Positions 17,589 through 29,114 of a stretch of 64,000 bases of DNA are shown piece after piece. The notes below the pieces were generated by a model. The model was not told the DNA's origin. It made no database searches and worked only from the letters and a program-made list of their open reading frames with translations. The stretch's first letter is position 1; each line of letters starts with the position of its first letter. Position numbers and translations under genes: made by a program. The DNA comes from Alphaproteobacteria bacterium (lineage in GTDB: Bacteria > Pseudomonadota > Alphaproteobacteria > MPNO01 > UBA830): positions 320,001 through 384,000 of the forward strand of contig OZ219790.1 in the NCBI GenBank assembly GCA_964291215.2, written 5' to 3'.

Positions 17589-18972
17589 AGTTGTGTCAAG
17601 AATTGTCTGCAATTTCGGTCGTGGCATGGGTCTCCGCTGTTGGGGCTGCCGTCCTGGCGGGCCCGAGGGCCCGCCAGGACGGACAGAAATCCCGTCGTCA
17701 CGCGGCCTTTCGCATGCGCTCGCGCTGATGCTCCTTCAAGTGGATCATGTTCAGGTAGCGGCTGGCCTCCAGCCAGTCCTCGTGGATCTCGATCGCCAGC
17801 GCCCGCACCAGACGCAGGCAGCTCTCCTCGTTGGGGAAAATCCGCACCACCTGGGTGCGCCGCTTGATCTCCTGGTTGAAGCGCTCGAGCATGTTCGTCG
17901 ACTTCAGGTGCTTGTGGTGCGCCCGTGGCAGGCTGTAGAACGCAAACGTCTCCTCGATGGTCTCCTCGACCCACGACGTCAGCTTGGCGTAGTGCGACTG
18001 CCAGCGTGACAGCCACGCCGCGAGATCTCTCCGCGCCTCCTCGAGGTTGCCGCGGTCGTAGAGCCAGCGCAGCTCCTGAAGGCAGTCGTCGTCGCGCTTG
18101 CGCGGCATGTGGTCGAGCGCGTTGCGCAGAAAGTGCACGTAGCACCGCTGCTGCACCGCCTCGGGCACAACCTCGCTCACCGCCGCGCCAAGTGATCGTC
18201 CCGGACCACAAACCGCACAGGCCGCGCTCCTTGAGTTGCAGCAGAAACGCCTTCCACGACGAGGCGCTCTCACGGTTGGCGAGCTCTACCGCAAGAACCT
18301 GGCGCCGGCCGTCCCAGTCAATCCCCAGCGCAACCAGAACCGCCTGAGAGCCGATCACCCCGGCCTCGCGGACCCGCTCGTAGCGGGCATCCAGGATCAG
18401 ATAGGGAAACGGCTCCTCAAGACGCCGGCGCGCAAACGCCGCAAGGTCCGCATCCAGGCGCTTGACGATGTTCGATATCGTCGACGCCGAAAAACTCTGC
18501 CCGCAAAGCTCCTCCGTGATCCGCTTCACCTTCCGCGTCGAAACACCCTGCACGTACATCTCCGCAAGCGCTGATACCAGCGCCTTCTCAGAGCGCTGGT
18601 AGCGCTCAAATACCGAGAAAAATCCGCCACGATCCTGCGGAACCTGAAGCTCCAGCGAACCCACACGCGTCACAAGCGTCCGCTTGTAATACCCCGAGCG
18701 GTAGCCCACACGCGTCAACGTCCGCGCACCCTTCGAGGCCCCCAGAGCCGACGTCATCTCGCTCTCCAGAACCTCCTGCAGATAACCCCGGAGACTCTCG
18801 CGAAGAAAGTCCTCGTCCCCACCCAAAATCTCCTTGATCTCGGCGATCCCCGCCTTACGCTTGCTCTCGGTCATGGTGTGCCTCCTTCGTTGCACGAAGT
18901 GCTTCTCAATCACTGGCATGCCATGACCGGTCAGGCTTGAAAACCCTTTTGCAGAACCTTCTGTACACAACC
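17589..18972 (-). mobile_element. IS256-family element, frameshifted, with TIRs and 8-bp TSD
   Basis: EMYVQGVSTRKV, LILDARYERVR, QRCYVHFLRN, STNMLERFNQEIKRRT; ends GTTGTGTCAAGAA/GTTGTGTACAGAA; TSD CGGCACTT at 17581-17588 and 18973-18980. Confidence 0.92.
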
Positions 18973-19112
18973 CGGCACTTGTGGATGCCCCGCGCGGGGA
19001 TCAGATGCCCCGCGGCGAGTGCGGCGATCAACAGGTGGGCGGCGATGCGCTGGCCGGGCGCAATCCGGGCTCGGATTTCAATGAACGGAAGGTGGCCTCG
19101 ATATCCGTGTCC

Positions 19113-20553
19113 CGAGCATCCATGTTTCCTGGCAAGGTTTTTGCGGGTGTCTGCGGTGATGTTTTCTGTGGTTGTCCACAAGCGGTGTGGGATTTGCCCT
19201 GCGAGCGAGGCGACATGAAGCTTGTGGTCCCGGCGGCGGGTTGCCGTCCATTGGTCACGTGAACGCGGCTACCTTGCCGTCCCCGGGCACGTGACCGTCC
19301 GGGTTCCAGGTGTCCCAAGGCGGTTCGATCTCCTCGATGTCGGCCTCGACGATGATCTGCAGACATTCTCCCCAAGTCGTGTCGTAGTAGGGAGACTGTC
19401 GATACAGTCCCGATCGCGCTCTCGGCAGGGGTGAGGGCCATGAGGGTGTCTCCTTCGCTCACTCACCGGTGCTTCGGTCGACCAGCAACGCTGCTGTCGC
19501 AGCAAGGTGTTCGCCAGAGCTTGCGCATCACGGCGACAATGGCGACTTTGTGGGCCTTGCCGGCGGTCTTGTGGCGTTCGAACACCAGATCCGCGTTGAA
19601 GCGTGCTGCCGAGGTCGCGGCCAGGAGATCACGTGGCCTCCGGCGCCCGCCTCGGATATGCCGAGTACCGTGGCCACTGTCGTTGGCCATCGGCGCCACC
19701 CCGATCAAGGCTGCCGCCTGACGACGCTGCCGAGTTCGGGCATCCAACAAAGAAGGGCTGCGGCGGTCACTGGACCGGGGATCGAGGTCAGGGTACCTCT
19801 GCTCGGGATCACCGGCGATCACCGCTTTGATCGCCGCGCCGGCAATGCGGTCATCGAGATCGGCCGCCGAAGCCCTTGTGACGGTCTCGCCATCCACCTC
19901 ATCTGCCACTTGCCTCAACTTGGTCCGCACGTCGACAAGCGCGGCGCGCGATACTAGGAGATCCCCCAGGCAGTTGAGGAAGGCTTCCTGAGGAGCCACA
20001 GGCTCGAGATCGCACCGTGCCGATCTTGGCGTCAACGCGGTTGGCCCAAAGCCTCGGCGAAGCCCTCAACGGGCAGGACAACCTCGAAGCCCCGGTCATG
20101 AAGACACTGGTGAACCTTGCGGTGATAGCGGCCTGTCGCCCACCACACGGGTTACCTCGAGGCTGCGAAGCCACGTGCCCGCCAGCTCGTGGCGTCGTTC
20201 GTAAAACGACGCCCCAGATGTCCAGACTGGCCTTGCTGACCCCTGCTACTACCTTAACCATCGTCCCTTGTTCCTCGCCTTATGATGATACGGTTCAAAC
20301 CCAAGCATCCATTCAGGACGCAAGGGACGCCAAAGGAGGTTGCCACGCTCGGGAACGGCTCTATAAAGCCAAGGACGGAACGGCAATCTCCGCGGAGATC
20401 GTTTGATCCCCGCTCCCCTGTACGTTCTCACACAGGGGAGCGGAATCTCTTTGCAACCATAGCTCTCCCATAGTCGAGGTTATCCACATTTTCCCGCCCC
20501 CAACTGCTGTGGATGATTTCATCATCAAGGGGACAAAACCTAGTCATATAAGG
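19113..20553 (-). repeat. ~1.4-kb unit, copy A (contains degraded IS110); inverted relative to 22436-23816
   Basis: Shared ends CCTTATATGACTAGG and AAACATGGATGCTC; IS110 remnants GVAPMANDSG and GKAHKVAIVAVMRKL. Confidence 0.88.
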
Positions 20554-21918
20554 ACGGTCTCGATATCCCGGTCGCTGGTGCGCAGGCGCCCGCGTTGTCT
20601 TGTCGTCTGTGGCTGAAGCGCACGGCCGTTGCCCGGCCTTCTCGACAGTGGTCTCGTAGTGCCGGGCGACGGTGGAGAAGCGCTGCTCGAGACCGCTCTC
20701 CAGTACCTTGTCGTGGCGCCGGCCCTTGGCCGAGAGGTGGAGCTTTGCCGCCTCGAAGCTGTGCCGCCTGCGGTCAAGAATGGCGTCCTCGGCCCTCTTC
20801 CTGCTCTCGCTGACCACGTAAAGCCGCGCCATCCTCGCTGGCAAGGCGCCTGCACCTCGTGGTTGGTGCTGATGATCAGCAGGCCTCGGGCCCACCCTCG
20901 GGCGGCGCCGCCCGCGATCCAGCCGTGCTCGCCACGCGATGTTCGCCTCGGTGCCGGCGTCCATGACTACCGTCGGCTTCGCCGCCCGCCTCCAGCCTCA
21001 GCAGCGCCTCCGTGCCCGGTTCGCTTACGTTGCCCGGCAAGACCTCGCAACTGCGCCGAAAGCCCGCGCCGCGCAAGCGTGGGGCAATCGTTGCGCTTCT
21101 GCTTCGAGCGCCCGAAGCGGGGCAGCTTGCCGTCGGCGCGGCCGTGAACATTGGTGAGGTCGTAAAAGGCGATGGTGTCGGGGATGCAGCGCGCGCTCGT
21201 GGTTGAACAGCTCCTGGCGGCCCGGTGGTGCAGGTCGCCGATGCGGTACGGCGTCTTGCGCTCCGGATCCGGAAGCTCCGCGCTGTCATGGCGCAGCCAG
21301 TGCTCGCTGGCGAATCATCCTGGCGACGATCAGCGCACTCGTGATGCCGAGGTCGTGAAGCGCCTCGAGGCACAGGCCAGCCGACCGAGCGCGGGTTCTC
21401 GTGCTCGAGGCTGTCGAGGTTGACGGTCGCAATTTGCGTGCGTCTTCCTCCAGAGCGTCGGCGCGGAACCTTCGGGCCCCTGTTGACGATGTCCTGCGGC
21501 CTGCACGCGGCTTCGAACAGCGGCGGGCGGCCGTGGAGCAGCGCTTCGGCGGCAACCTCCTTCCGGTTCTTGCGCGCCACCGGATGGTCGGTGCCGAGGC
21601 AGGGTGCGCTGTCGACCTTGTCGCCGATGCGCTAAGAAAGCACGAGCCGGTGGACGGGTTTGCCGTCTGCGGTGCTACGGGTTTTGGTTGCCCTGATGAA
21701 CATGTTGTCTGGAGCCTTTTGTGTTGACGAGGCTCCGGATATACCGGGTTTGGCGGCGGGGTCGAGCGAATCGGCAACATTCTGGCACTACAACGCCCAC
21801 CCCGGACACGCAATCAGGAATGCAGTGGGTTCAAGAACAAGGCCAACAATATAGTATGTCGAACGGGGCGGCCGCATAAATTTCGCCTTCGACTGACGCA
21901 AAAAGTGCCAACTTGGGT
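20554..21918 (-). mobile_element. IS1634-family transposase remnant
   Basis: MFIRATKTRSTADGKPVHRL start at 21703; its left end is also present at 34290-34580. Confidence 0.7.
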
Positions 21919-22208
21919 CAAGGTCGGAACCGACATATCGACAACGAAATCCGCTCCCGAATGGACCTCCAGATCTGCCTACAACGCCCCCTCGTCGGAC
22001 GAAACCGGAAAAAAGAAAAGCCCTGAGCCGAGCCCCAACGCATTCGGATTTCGCGTCTCCGAATTAGTGCCTGAGAAAAATATAAAATGACTTGATTTTT
22101 TTGGTGAAATCGTAATATGGAGGAGGGCGAAGAACCCGCTTTGGGGCGGGAATTGGCCGATCAGACCGGAAATCCGCCGGATTTTCGGAAAACTTCGCGA
22201 GAATTGCC

Positions 22209-24995
22209 ATGCGAAACGTTCCACAACTGGAATTGGGCCAGGTTGCGATCGAGAAGATCGATCTCGGCGAAAACTCGCGGGATGACATGCGCGGGATTCA
22301 ACACGTGGATGCCGACCCGTCGACCCGGCTGCTCAGGATCCTGGAGGAGCGGATCTTTCCGGGAGTGTCCCACAGGAAAGCGCGTCCCGGCGCTGTGGAA
22401 GATCCTGGTGTCCTGAAGCAGGGCCCGGGGTATGACCTTATATGACTAGGTTTTGTCCCCTTGATGATGAAATCATCCACAGCAGTTGGGGGCGGGAAAA
22501 TGTGGATCTGTGGGAGAGTTATGGTTGCAGAGAGATTCCGCTCCCCTGAGCGAACATGCACAGGGGTGCGGGGATCAAACGATCTCCGCAGAGGTTGCCG
22601 TTTTGACCTTGACAGAGCCGCGATCGAGTTTGGTCGGCCAACCTCCCTTGACGTCCCTCGCTGGATGCTTGGGTTTGAACCCGTATCATCGTAAGGCGAG
22701 GAGCAAGGGACGATGGTCAAGATAGTAGCAGGGGTCAGCCAGTCTGGACATCTGGCGCATTGTTTTGCGAACGATGCCACGAGCTGGCGGGCAGGTGGCT
22801 TCGCGGCCTCGGGGTGAGCCGGGTGGTGGGCGACAGGCCGCTATCACCGCAAGGTTCACCAGTGTCTTCATGACCGGGGCTTCGAGGTTATTCTCGTCAA
22901 CCCGTTGCGGGCGCTTCGCCGAGGCGATGGGCCATCTGGCCAAAACCGACCGCGTCGACGCCAAGATCGGCTGGGCGATCTCGAGCCTGTGGCTCCGCCT
23001 TCCTCAAGAGCCTGGAGGATCTCCTGGTGCCGCGCTTGTCGACGCCAGGCAGGTGGCAGATGAGGTGGATGGCGAGACCGTCACAAGGGCCTCAGCGGCC
23101 GATCTCGATGACCGCATTGCCGGCGCGGCGATCAAAGCGGTGATCGCCGGTGATCCCGAGCAGAGGTACCCTGACCTCGATCCGGTGACCGCCGCGGCCC
23201 TTCTTTGCTGGATGCCCGAACTCGGCAGCGTCGGCAGCCTTGATCGGGGTGGCGCCGATGGCCAACGACAGCGGCCACGGTGCTCGGCATATCCGTGGCG
23301 GGCGCCGAAGGCCACGTGATCTCCTGTTCATGGCCGCAACCGGCACGCTTCAACGCGGACCTGGTGCGCCTCAAGACTGCCGGCAAGGCCCACAAGGTCG
23401 CGATTGTCGCCGTGATGCGCAAGCTCTGGCGAACACCCTGCTGCGACAGCAGCGTTGCCTGAAGCACCGGTGAGTGAGCGAAGGAGACACGGCCCTCACC
23501 CCTGCCGAGAGCGCGACCGGGACTGTCTCGACAGTCTCCCTCTACGACACGACTTGGGGAGAATGTCTGCAGATCATCGTCGAGGCCGACATCGAGGAGA
23601 CCGAACCGCCTTGGGACACCTGGAACCCGGACGGTCACGTGCCCGGGGACGGCAAGGTAGCCGCGTTCACGTGACCAATGGACGGCAACCCGCCGCCGGG
23701 ACCACAAGCTTCATGTCGCCTCGCTCTCAGAGCAAACCCCACACCGCTTGTGGACAACCACAGAAAACATCACCGCAGACACCCGCAAAAACCTTGCCAA
23801 GAAACATGGATGCTCGATCATCTGCACGAGCTGGTGAACGAGACGGTTCGCAAGTTCCCGGACCACGGCGATATCCGGGACAACACGAGGTACAGCTATC
23901 GGACGGTGCTGGAGAACGTGAGCCATCTGACGCCGGAAGTGCTGGAGAAGGTATCGCAGCTGGTGGCGGAGAGCGGCCATGCGATGGTCCGCAAGAGCAA
24001 GTCGGACGGGTCCTTTGCGGGGCCGCTGCGATTCGTTCGTGGTGCACTACCCGACGGACGTCAACCTGCTGTGGGATGCGATGCGTTGTCTGGTGCGCGG
24101 CCGCGCAGCCGTGCTCGCGGGGGTGGCGGCAGTGGCAGCATCGGAGCCGCGGGAAGCGCTTTCAGAAGGTTCGACAGACCCGGCGGCGGCGGATGGTACC
24201 TCGACGACAGCCGGGAGTTGGAGCGCAAGAGACGGTTCCGGCACTTGTGGAGAAGGGCGTCAAGGCCCTCGTGGTTCTCAAGGTCGTACCTCGAGCATGC
24301 CCGCCGGCAGATCGACCAGGTGGACCGCCGCCTAAGGCGAGAAGATCCCGCAGGAAGAGAAGGTGTTTTCGATCTTCGAGGAGCGCTGGTGCGTGAAGGG
24401 CAAGTGCCGGTGGAACTCGGCGTGCCGGTGGCCGTGCTGGAGGACCAGCACGGCTTCCTCCTGCACCACCGGATCCTGTGGGAGGGCAGTGACATGGACC
24501 ATGCGGTGCCCATGATCCGAGCAGTTTCGATCGCGGGTTCCACAGTCCCTCCAACCGGATTGCACTGGACGAGCTGCTGGACGCGCTGCCGAAGAAGGGA
24601 AAGCCTGGTCGGGCGGACCGGGAAGCTGACCCGACATTCCGGGAGATGCGCCGACAGCATCCGGCCGTGGAGTCGGCGATCAACAATCTTGAGCAACGCG
24701 GCATGGACCGGGTCCTGTGGGGCGGACGGCTTTGCGCGGATGGTGGCGCTGTCCATGGTCGCCTTCAATGTCCACCGCCTGCTGTTGCACAGACGGGCCC
24801 GACGACGGCGAAAACACGCCGCCTGACGGCGGCGTCCCTCCACCCCACCCGCAAAACCCGCCGAGAGCGAAAACGGAGCCGCTTGTCCGGCTTCTCGGCT
24901 GGAAGAGCCCTGATACCGCCGCGAATCAGCAGGAATCCCCCCGAAAACGGAGCGGGACCCGGAAGGGCGATCAAACCAGAAATTTCGCTGGAATC
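22209..24995 (+). mobile_element. ISNCY-like transposase pseudogene interrupted by the 22436-23816 unit
   Basis: IDLGENSRDDM, LKQG..|..HLHELVN, RCDSFVVHYPTDVNLL, VELGVPV, QHPAVESAINNLEQRG. Confidence 0.78.
22436..23816 (+). repeat. ~1.4-kb unit, copy B (degraded IS110 ORF ~22713-23463)
   Basis: AKTDRVDAKI, GVAPMANDSG..IRGGR, VAVMRKL; inverted homologue of copy A. Confidence 0.88.
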
Positions 24996-25136
24996 TCAAC
25001 CAAAACGGTCATTTCCGCGCGAGCACGAATTAGCATGGGATCGTCGTGCTTCGGTTCGCCGAAGCATTGACATTCGCCGCGCCACGCTGGATGGTAAATT
25101 GGACTGGACCTTTCACAAGCAGGCTCAGCCAGGCTT

Positions 25137-27647
25137 ATGGATCTCGACATTCTCATCGCCCGGGCGTCGCCTCCGCCAGAGCGCGTCGGCGACGGGCCGT
25201 TCGTTCCGGCTCCCACCGACCCCGACTCCCGGGCTCGCCGCGAAGCAAGACTTCTCGATGCCTTCGGTTCGCGGCATGCGCTGGCCCGGCATGCCGAGGG
25301 GCTGGAGATGTCCGTGGACGCCTATTTGGCGAGGTTCGGCGAGGTCCGCCTGGAGGGTCCTGCGCCGGACTGGGGTTGCGCCTTTCGAGAAATCCTTGCC
25401 CGGCTGGCCAATACCGAAACGCCCTTTTCAGCCGTCTATCCGTGGGCACGCGGCTGCATCGAGGCGGAATGGCCCGACGGCCTGCCGCACAGCGCCGATG
25501 CGCTGGACGGGGCCATTTCCCATCTCGAATGGCGTTTCCGCGCGATCCTGATGCAGACCATGCGGTATGAAGCCAGGCTGGGAGCATCGGGAGTCACTTG
25601 GGCGGCGCGCTTCGCCCGCAGTCCCGCGCTGGCCTACGCACTTGGCCGCACGCTGGTCGACTGGCGTTCGGACCTCGTTCGGATGCTGCGCCATGCAGCC
25701 GACGACCGGGCCGAATTGTCCCGACGCTTTTTCGACGGCGGAGACCCCGGGTTGCTGGTCGGTATCGAACAGGGGCTCGGCGACCCGCACGCCGGAGGAC
25801 GGTCGGTTACCATCCTGCGCTTCGCCAACGGTTCGGTCGTATTCAAGCCCAAGGACCTGCGAATCGCCAAGGTGGTGCGGGAGATCGTCGGCCTGATCTC
25901 CAGCGTCGAACTTTCGCCGCCCTCCACGGTGCCACGTGCGGGCTATGCATGGGAAACGGAATACGCGCCGCAACCGGTCGCGGGCGCCGGAGATGCCGAC
26001 CAGTTCTACCGGGCGCTCGGCGGCTGGCTGGCCTTGCTCCAGGCCATGAACGCGACCGATTTCTGGTTCGACAACCTGATCGCCGACGGCGCCACGCCAC
26101 GGTTCGTGGATTTCGAGACGGTGTTGCAGCCGGTCTCGGCGTGGCCGCCCCGGATACGACGCCTGGTCGATGAGGAGGCGATCAGCTTCAACATGCGGGT
26201 GGCCAACATCGGCATATTGCCGCTTCAAATGTCGATCAGGGAGGGTCTGGAACCGACCGACCTGGGGTGCCTCTGTCAGCCGGGGGAACATCGCACGCCG
26301 ATGGGCAACTCAGAGAACGGGGGTCTGTTTGTCTGGAAGGAAGAGCGATATGCTCCGCGCTACGAGTCCGGCGATTTCGCGGACAGCGCGGCGCATTTCG
26401 ACGCCCTTGAGGACGGCTATCTCCGGGTCGCCCGGGAGCTGGGGTCGGTGGCGATGCAGGATCAGATCCTGGCCACGCTCGAAAGCGTACCGGACGCGCC
26501 GCTTCGCGTCCTCCTGATTGACACCTGGACCTGTTATCGGATCGTTCAGGAATCCCTCCTCCCCGGCACCCTGTCGGACGGCGTATGGCGCGAGATCGTT
26601 CTGCACAAGATGCTGCCTCGCCACGCCGAGCTGACTGGCCCTCTCCGGGAGGCGGCAGTGCGCGACATGCGCCGCCTCGACATCCCGCTGTTCCTGACTG
26701 CGCCGGCCTCTCGGGACCTTCTGGGGGTGGAGGGCGAGGCGTGGCGGAACGTGTTCGAGAAGGATGCTATAGCCACCATGCGCGCTGCCTTCGGGACAAT
26801 GGCTGCAGCGACCGAACGCGAACGGCTGGCGTGGCTGCGTTCGTCGTTTTCCCTGCGCTCCGCCAATCCGCCTCGGCAGACGCCGGATCGCGGCCGACCG
26901 GCGTCGGCAAAGTCAGGAGATCTTCTGGCCTGGGCGGATCAGATCGCTACCGAAGTTCGGGACCTCGCCGTGACGAACGAGTGCGGGTATCCAACCTGGG
27001 TTGGCATCGTGCACGAGGTTCACTTCGGAATGCGTTGCATGGCGCCGCTCCCCATCGACATCCTGTCCGGCCGCGCAGGAATCGCTCAAGCGTTGCTCGA
27101 GTTGGGTGAAAGGCTCGGTCGTGCAGATCTGGCGGCCCTCGCGCGCGAGACCCTGAAGGGGGCGGCGCGCGATTATGCCGAGGCCATGGACTTCAGCCAG
27201 GACCTGGGAGTCGGATACGCGGTCGGCGCCGGCGGCCTCCTACACATGTTGGTGCGCGAGCCCTTTCTGCGGGACGATGCGCAAATGGTCTACCAAAGCG
27301 CTGCGGCAAAGGAAGCGTGGATGCAGTCCGGGAGCGACTTCGTGTCCGGCCTCGCTGGTTGGAAGGACGCGGTGCTGGCTCTCGGCGGCACGGTTCCGAA
27401 GCGGCACGGGCCACAACGGCCTTATGCGCCTTCGGCCCTGCCTCGACTTGCTCCCTGGCTGGACCCCGGCCATGCAAAGCCGGTCTGTGCCAACCGACGG
27501 GTGGCAGCGCTCATGAGGCGAGACCGTGATCGACTGGGAAGCTGGTTCGCCGAGAGATGGGCCGATGATCGGCACGATCTCTCGGGGGTGGATGGAATAC
27601 CCGCGCTTGCCGTCGCCTTCGTGCGTCTGGCGGACGGCCCGGCATAG
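25137..27647 (+). CDS. LanM-like protein: dehydratase (DUF4135-type) domain plus shortened LanC-like domain lacking Zn motifs
   Basis: GDPHAGGRSV, VFKPKD, TDFWFDNLIA, VDFETV, RVLLIDT, DIPLF; C-half has ILSGRAGIA and FVSGLAG repeats but no SHG/WCxG/CHG. Confidence 0.85.
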   Translation: MDLDILIARASPPPERVGDGPFVPAPTDPDSRARREARLLDAFGSRHALARHAEGLEMSVDAYLARFGEVRLEGPAPDWGCAFREILARLANTETPFSAVYPWARGCIEAEWPDGLPHSADALDGAISHLEWRFRAILMQTMRYEARLGASGVTWAARFARSPALAYALGRTLVDWRSDLVRMLRHAADDRAELSRRFFDGGDPGLLVGIEQGLGDPHAGGRSVTILRFANGSVVFKPKDLRIAKVVREIVGLISSVELSPPSTVPRAGYAWETEYAPQPVAGAGDADQFYRALGGWLALLQAMNATDFWFDNLIADGATPRFVDFETVLQPVSAWPPRIRRLVDEEAISFNMRVANIGILPLQMSIREGLEPTDLGCLCQPGEHRTPMGNSENGGLFVWKEERYAPRYESGDFADSAAHFDALEDGYLRVARELGSVAMQDQILATLESVPDAPLRVLLIDTWTCYRIVQESLLPGTLSDGVWREIVLHKMLPRHAELTGPLREAAVRDMRRLDIPLFLTAPASRDLLGVEGEAWRNVFEKDAIATMRAAFGTMAAATERERLAWLRSSFSLRSANPPRQTPDRGRPASAKSGDLLAWADQIATEVRDLAVTNECGYPTWVGIVHEVHFGMRCMAPLPIDILSGRAGIAQALLELGERLGRADLAALARETLKGAARDYAEAMDFSQDLGVGYAVGAGGLLHMLVREPFLRDDAQMVYQSAAAKEAWMQSGSDFVSGLAGWKDAVLALGGTVPKRHGPQRPYAPSALPRLAPWLDPGHAKPVCANRRVAALMRRDRDRLGSWFAERWADDRHDLSGVDGIPALAVAFVRLADGPA

Positions 27648-28096
27648 GCGGCAGTCTCCCGACGGGCTGTGGGGCCTGTCGTCAGGAGATACCGGGCCGC
27701 GGCTCCGCTGGCGAGAACCCGGCACCCGGGCAGCGCCCGCGGCTGGGCCTATGTCGACAGTGCGGGAGGCCTTCTTCAGGACTGTCTCGCCGCCGGGCCA
27801 GCGCCCAAGAACAGCACGGTCCGACTCCGCCACGCCGCCCGGCGCATCGCCGACAGGATCGACGAAGTTAACCCGCGAGCGCATCCCGCGTAAGCTTCCA
27901 TGGAAAACTGTCTGTGGTTTTTGTCTGGTATCGTCGAGAGTGGGCGCTGGTGAGTAAGCGCACGTCATGATTGTCCACGAAGGACAAGTGGACATTATGG
28001 GAATGTCGGACGCAGCCGAGCATGCGGGTTCGACGGCAAGCATGGCGTGACGATCGTCTCGGGTGCCGGCGGCTGATATCCTAGGCTGCCATGTGG

Positions 28097-28410
28097 TCAT
28101 ATGATATTGTAGCGGCGCCGCCATGCTTCAATGAGGATCCGGGCCTCGTTCAGGCTGTGGAAGATCTCTCCGTCGAGGAGCTCGTCGCGGAGCCGGGCGT
28201 TGGAGCTTTTGATGTAGCCGTTCTCCCGGAGCGAGCCCGGCTCGATGAAAGCGGTGCGGGCGCCGACTGCAGCGATCCACCGCCTGACCGCCCCGGCGAC
28301 GAACTCCAGTCCGTTGTCGGAGCGGATGTGGTCAGGGACGCGGCGCAGGATGACCAGATCGGTCAGCACGTCGATGACGTCGATCGGGGAGAGCTTGCGC
28401 CGAACCCGGA
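28097..28410 (-). mobile_element. IS3-family transposase C-terminal fragment
   Basis: PDHIRSDNGLEF, FIEPGS.RENGY, LRDELL, WRRRYN. Confidence 0.85.
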
Positions 28411-28570
28411 TCGCAGGGCTCTTCTTTTGTTCGGTTTGGTCCGACGAGGGGGCGTTGTAGGCAGATCTGGAGATCCATTCGGGAGCGGATTTCGTTGTCG
28501 ATATGCCGGTTCCGACCTTGAGACGGTGCCACCAACTTCAAGAACGGCCACTCTGACACGGTTGTCCGCA

Positions 28571-29077
28571 GGGTGCAGTTCTCGTATGGCGAATCCAAGC
28601 CATTGATTTAACACGGTTGTGTGGTCACGAAGCAGCGGCGAAAACGGGTTTTCGTGACAATCGCCCGTTTCAGGACAGGATTTTGTCACGACCTTCGCGG
28701 CATCGACAGGGTGATCCGGGCGCTGCGCCACCTTCGCGACACCGCGGCGCTAACGGGCCGACAGGGAACTGTCCTTCTTCCGCAAGCATCGCCACCGCAT
28801 GCGCTACCACGCGCTGAAGCAACCGGCTCGGGAATTGTCGAGGCGGCGACCCTCGTCACACGGCGCATGAAACGCTCCGGCATGCGCTGGCGCATCGTCG
28901 GCGGACAATCACCTTCCGCGCCCTGCTCGAATCCGGCCGCTTCGAGAGCGCGTGGACGGCCATGATCGGTGCAGATGACGCACCAGCCAACGACAACATC
29001 AGCCCAAATCACACCCCGGCACTGTGAGATGAACAAATGGTACTGGGCCTGCAACCGTGCCATACAAGCTCTCACCC
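28571..29077 (+). mobile_element. ~0.5-kb non-autonomous ISKra4-like element, copy 1
   Basis: TIRs GGGTGCAGTTCTCGTATGGC / GCCATACAAGCTCTCACCC; TSD TGTCCGCA/TGTCCGCC; GSGIVEAA..RMKRSGMRW. Confidence 0.85.
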
Positions 29078-29114
29078 TGTCCGCCGCCGATCGCGACAAC
29101 AGAATGGTCCTGCC

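Noticed and set aside
25067-25100. TTGACA upstream of the LanM-like gene as a sigma70 promoter
   Set aside because: The best -10 (TAAATT) is 22 nt away, so the spacing does not fit.
25137-27647. Conventional class II lanthipeptide synthetase
   Set aside because: Zinc-binding cyclase motifs are missing and there is no Cys-rich precursor nearby.
27967-28050. 27-aa ORF MIVHEGQVDIMGMSDAAEHAGSTASMA as a LanM precursor
   Set aside because: No Gly-Gly leader motif, no Cys, no clear RBS; lies beside IS debris.
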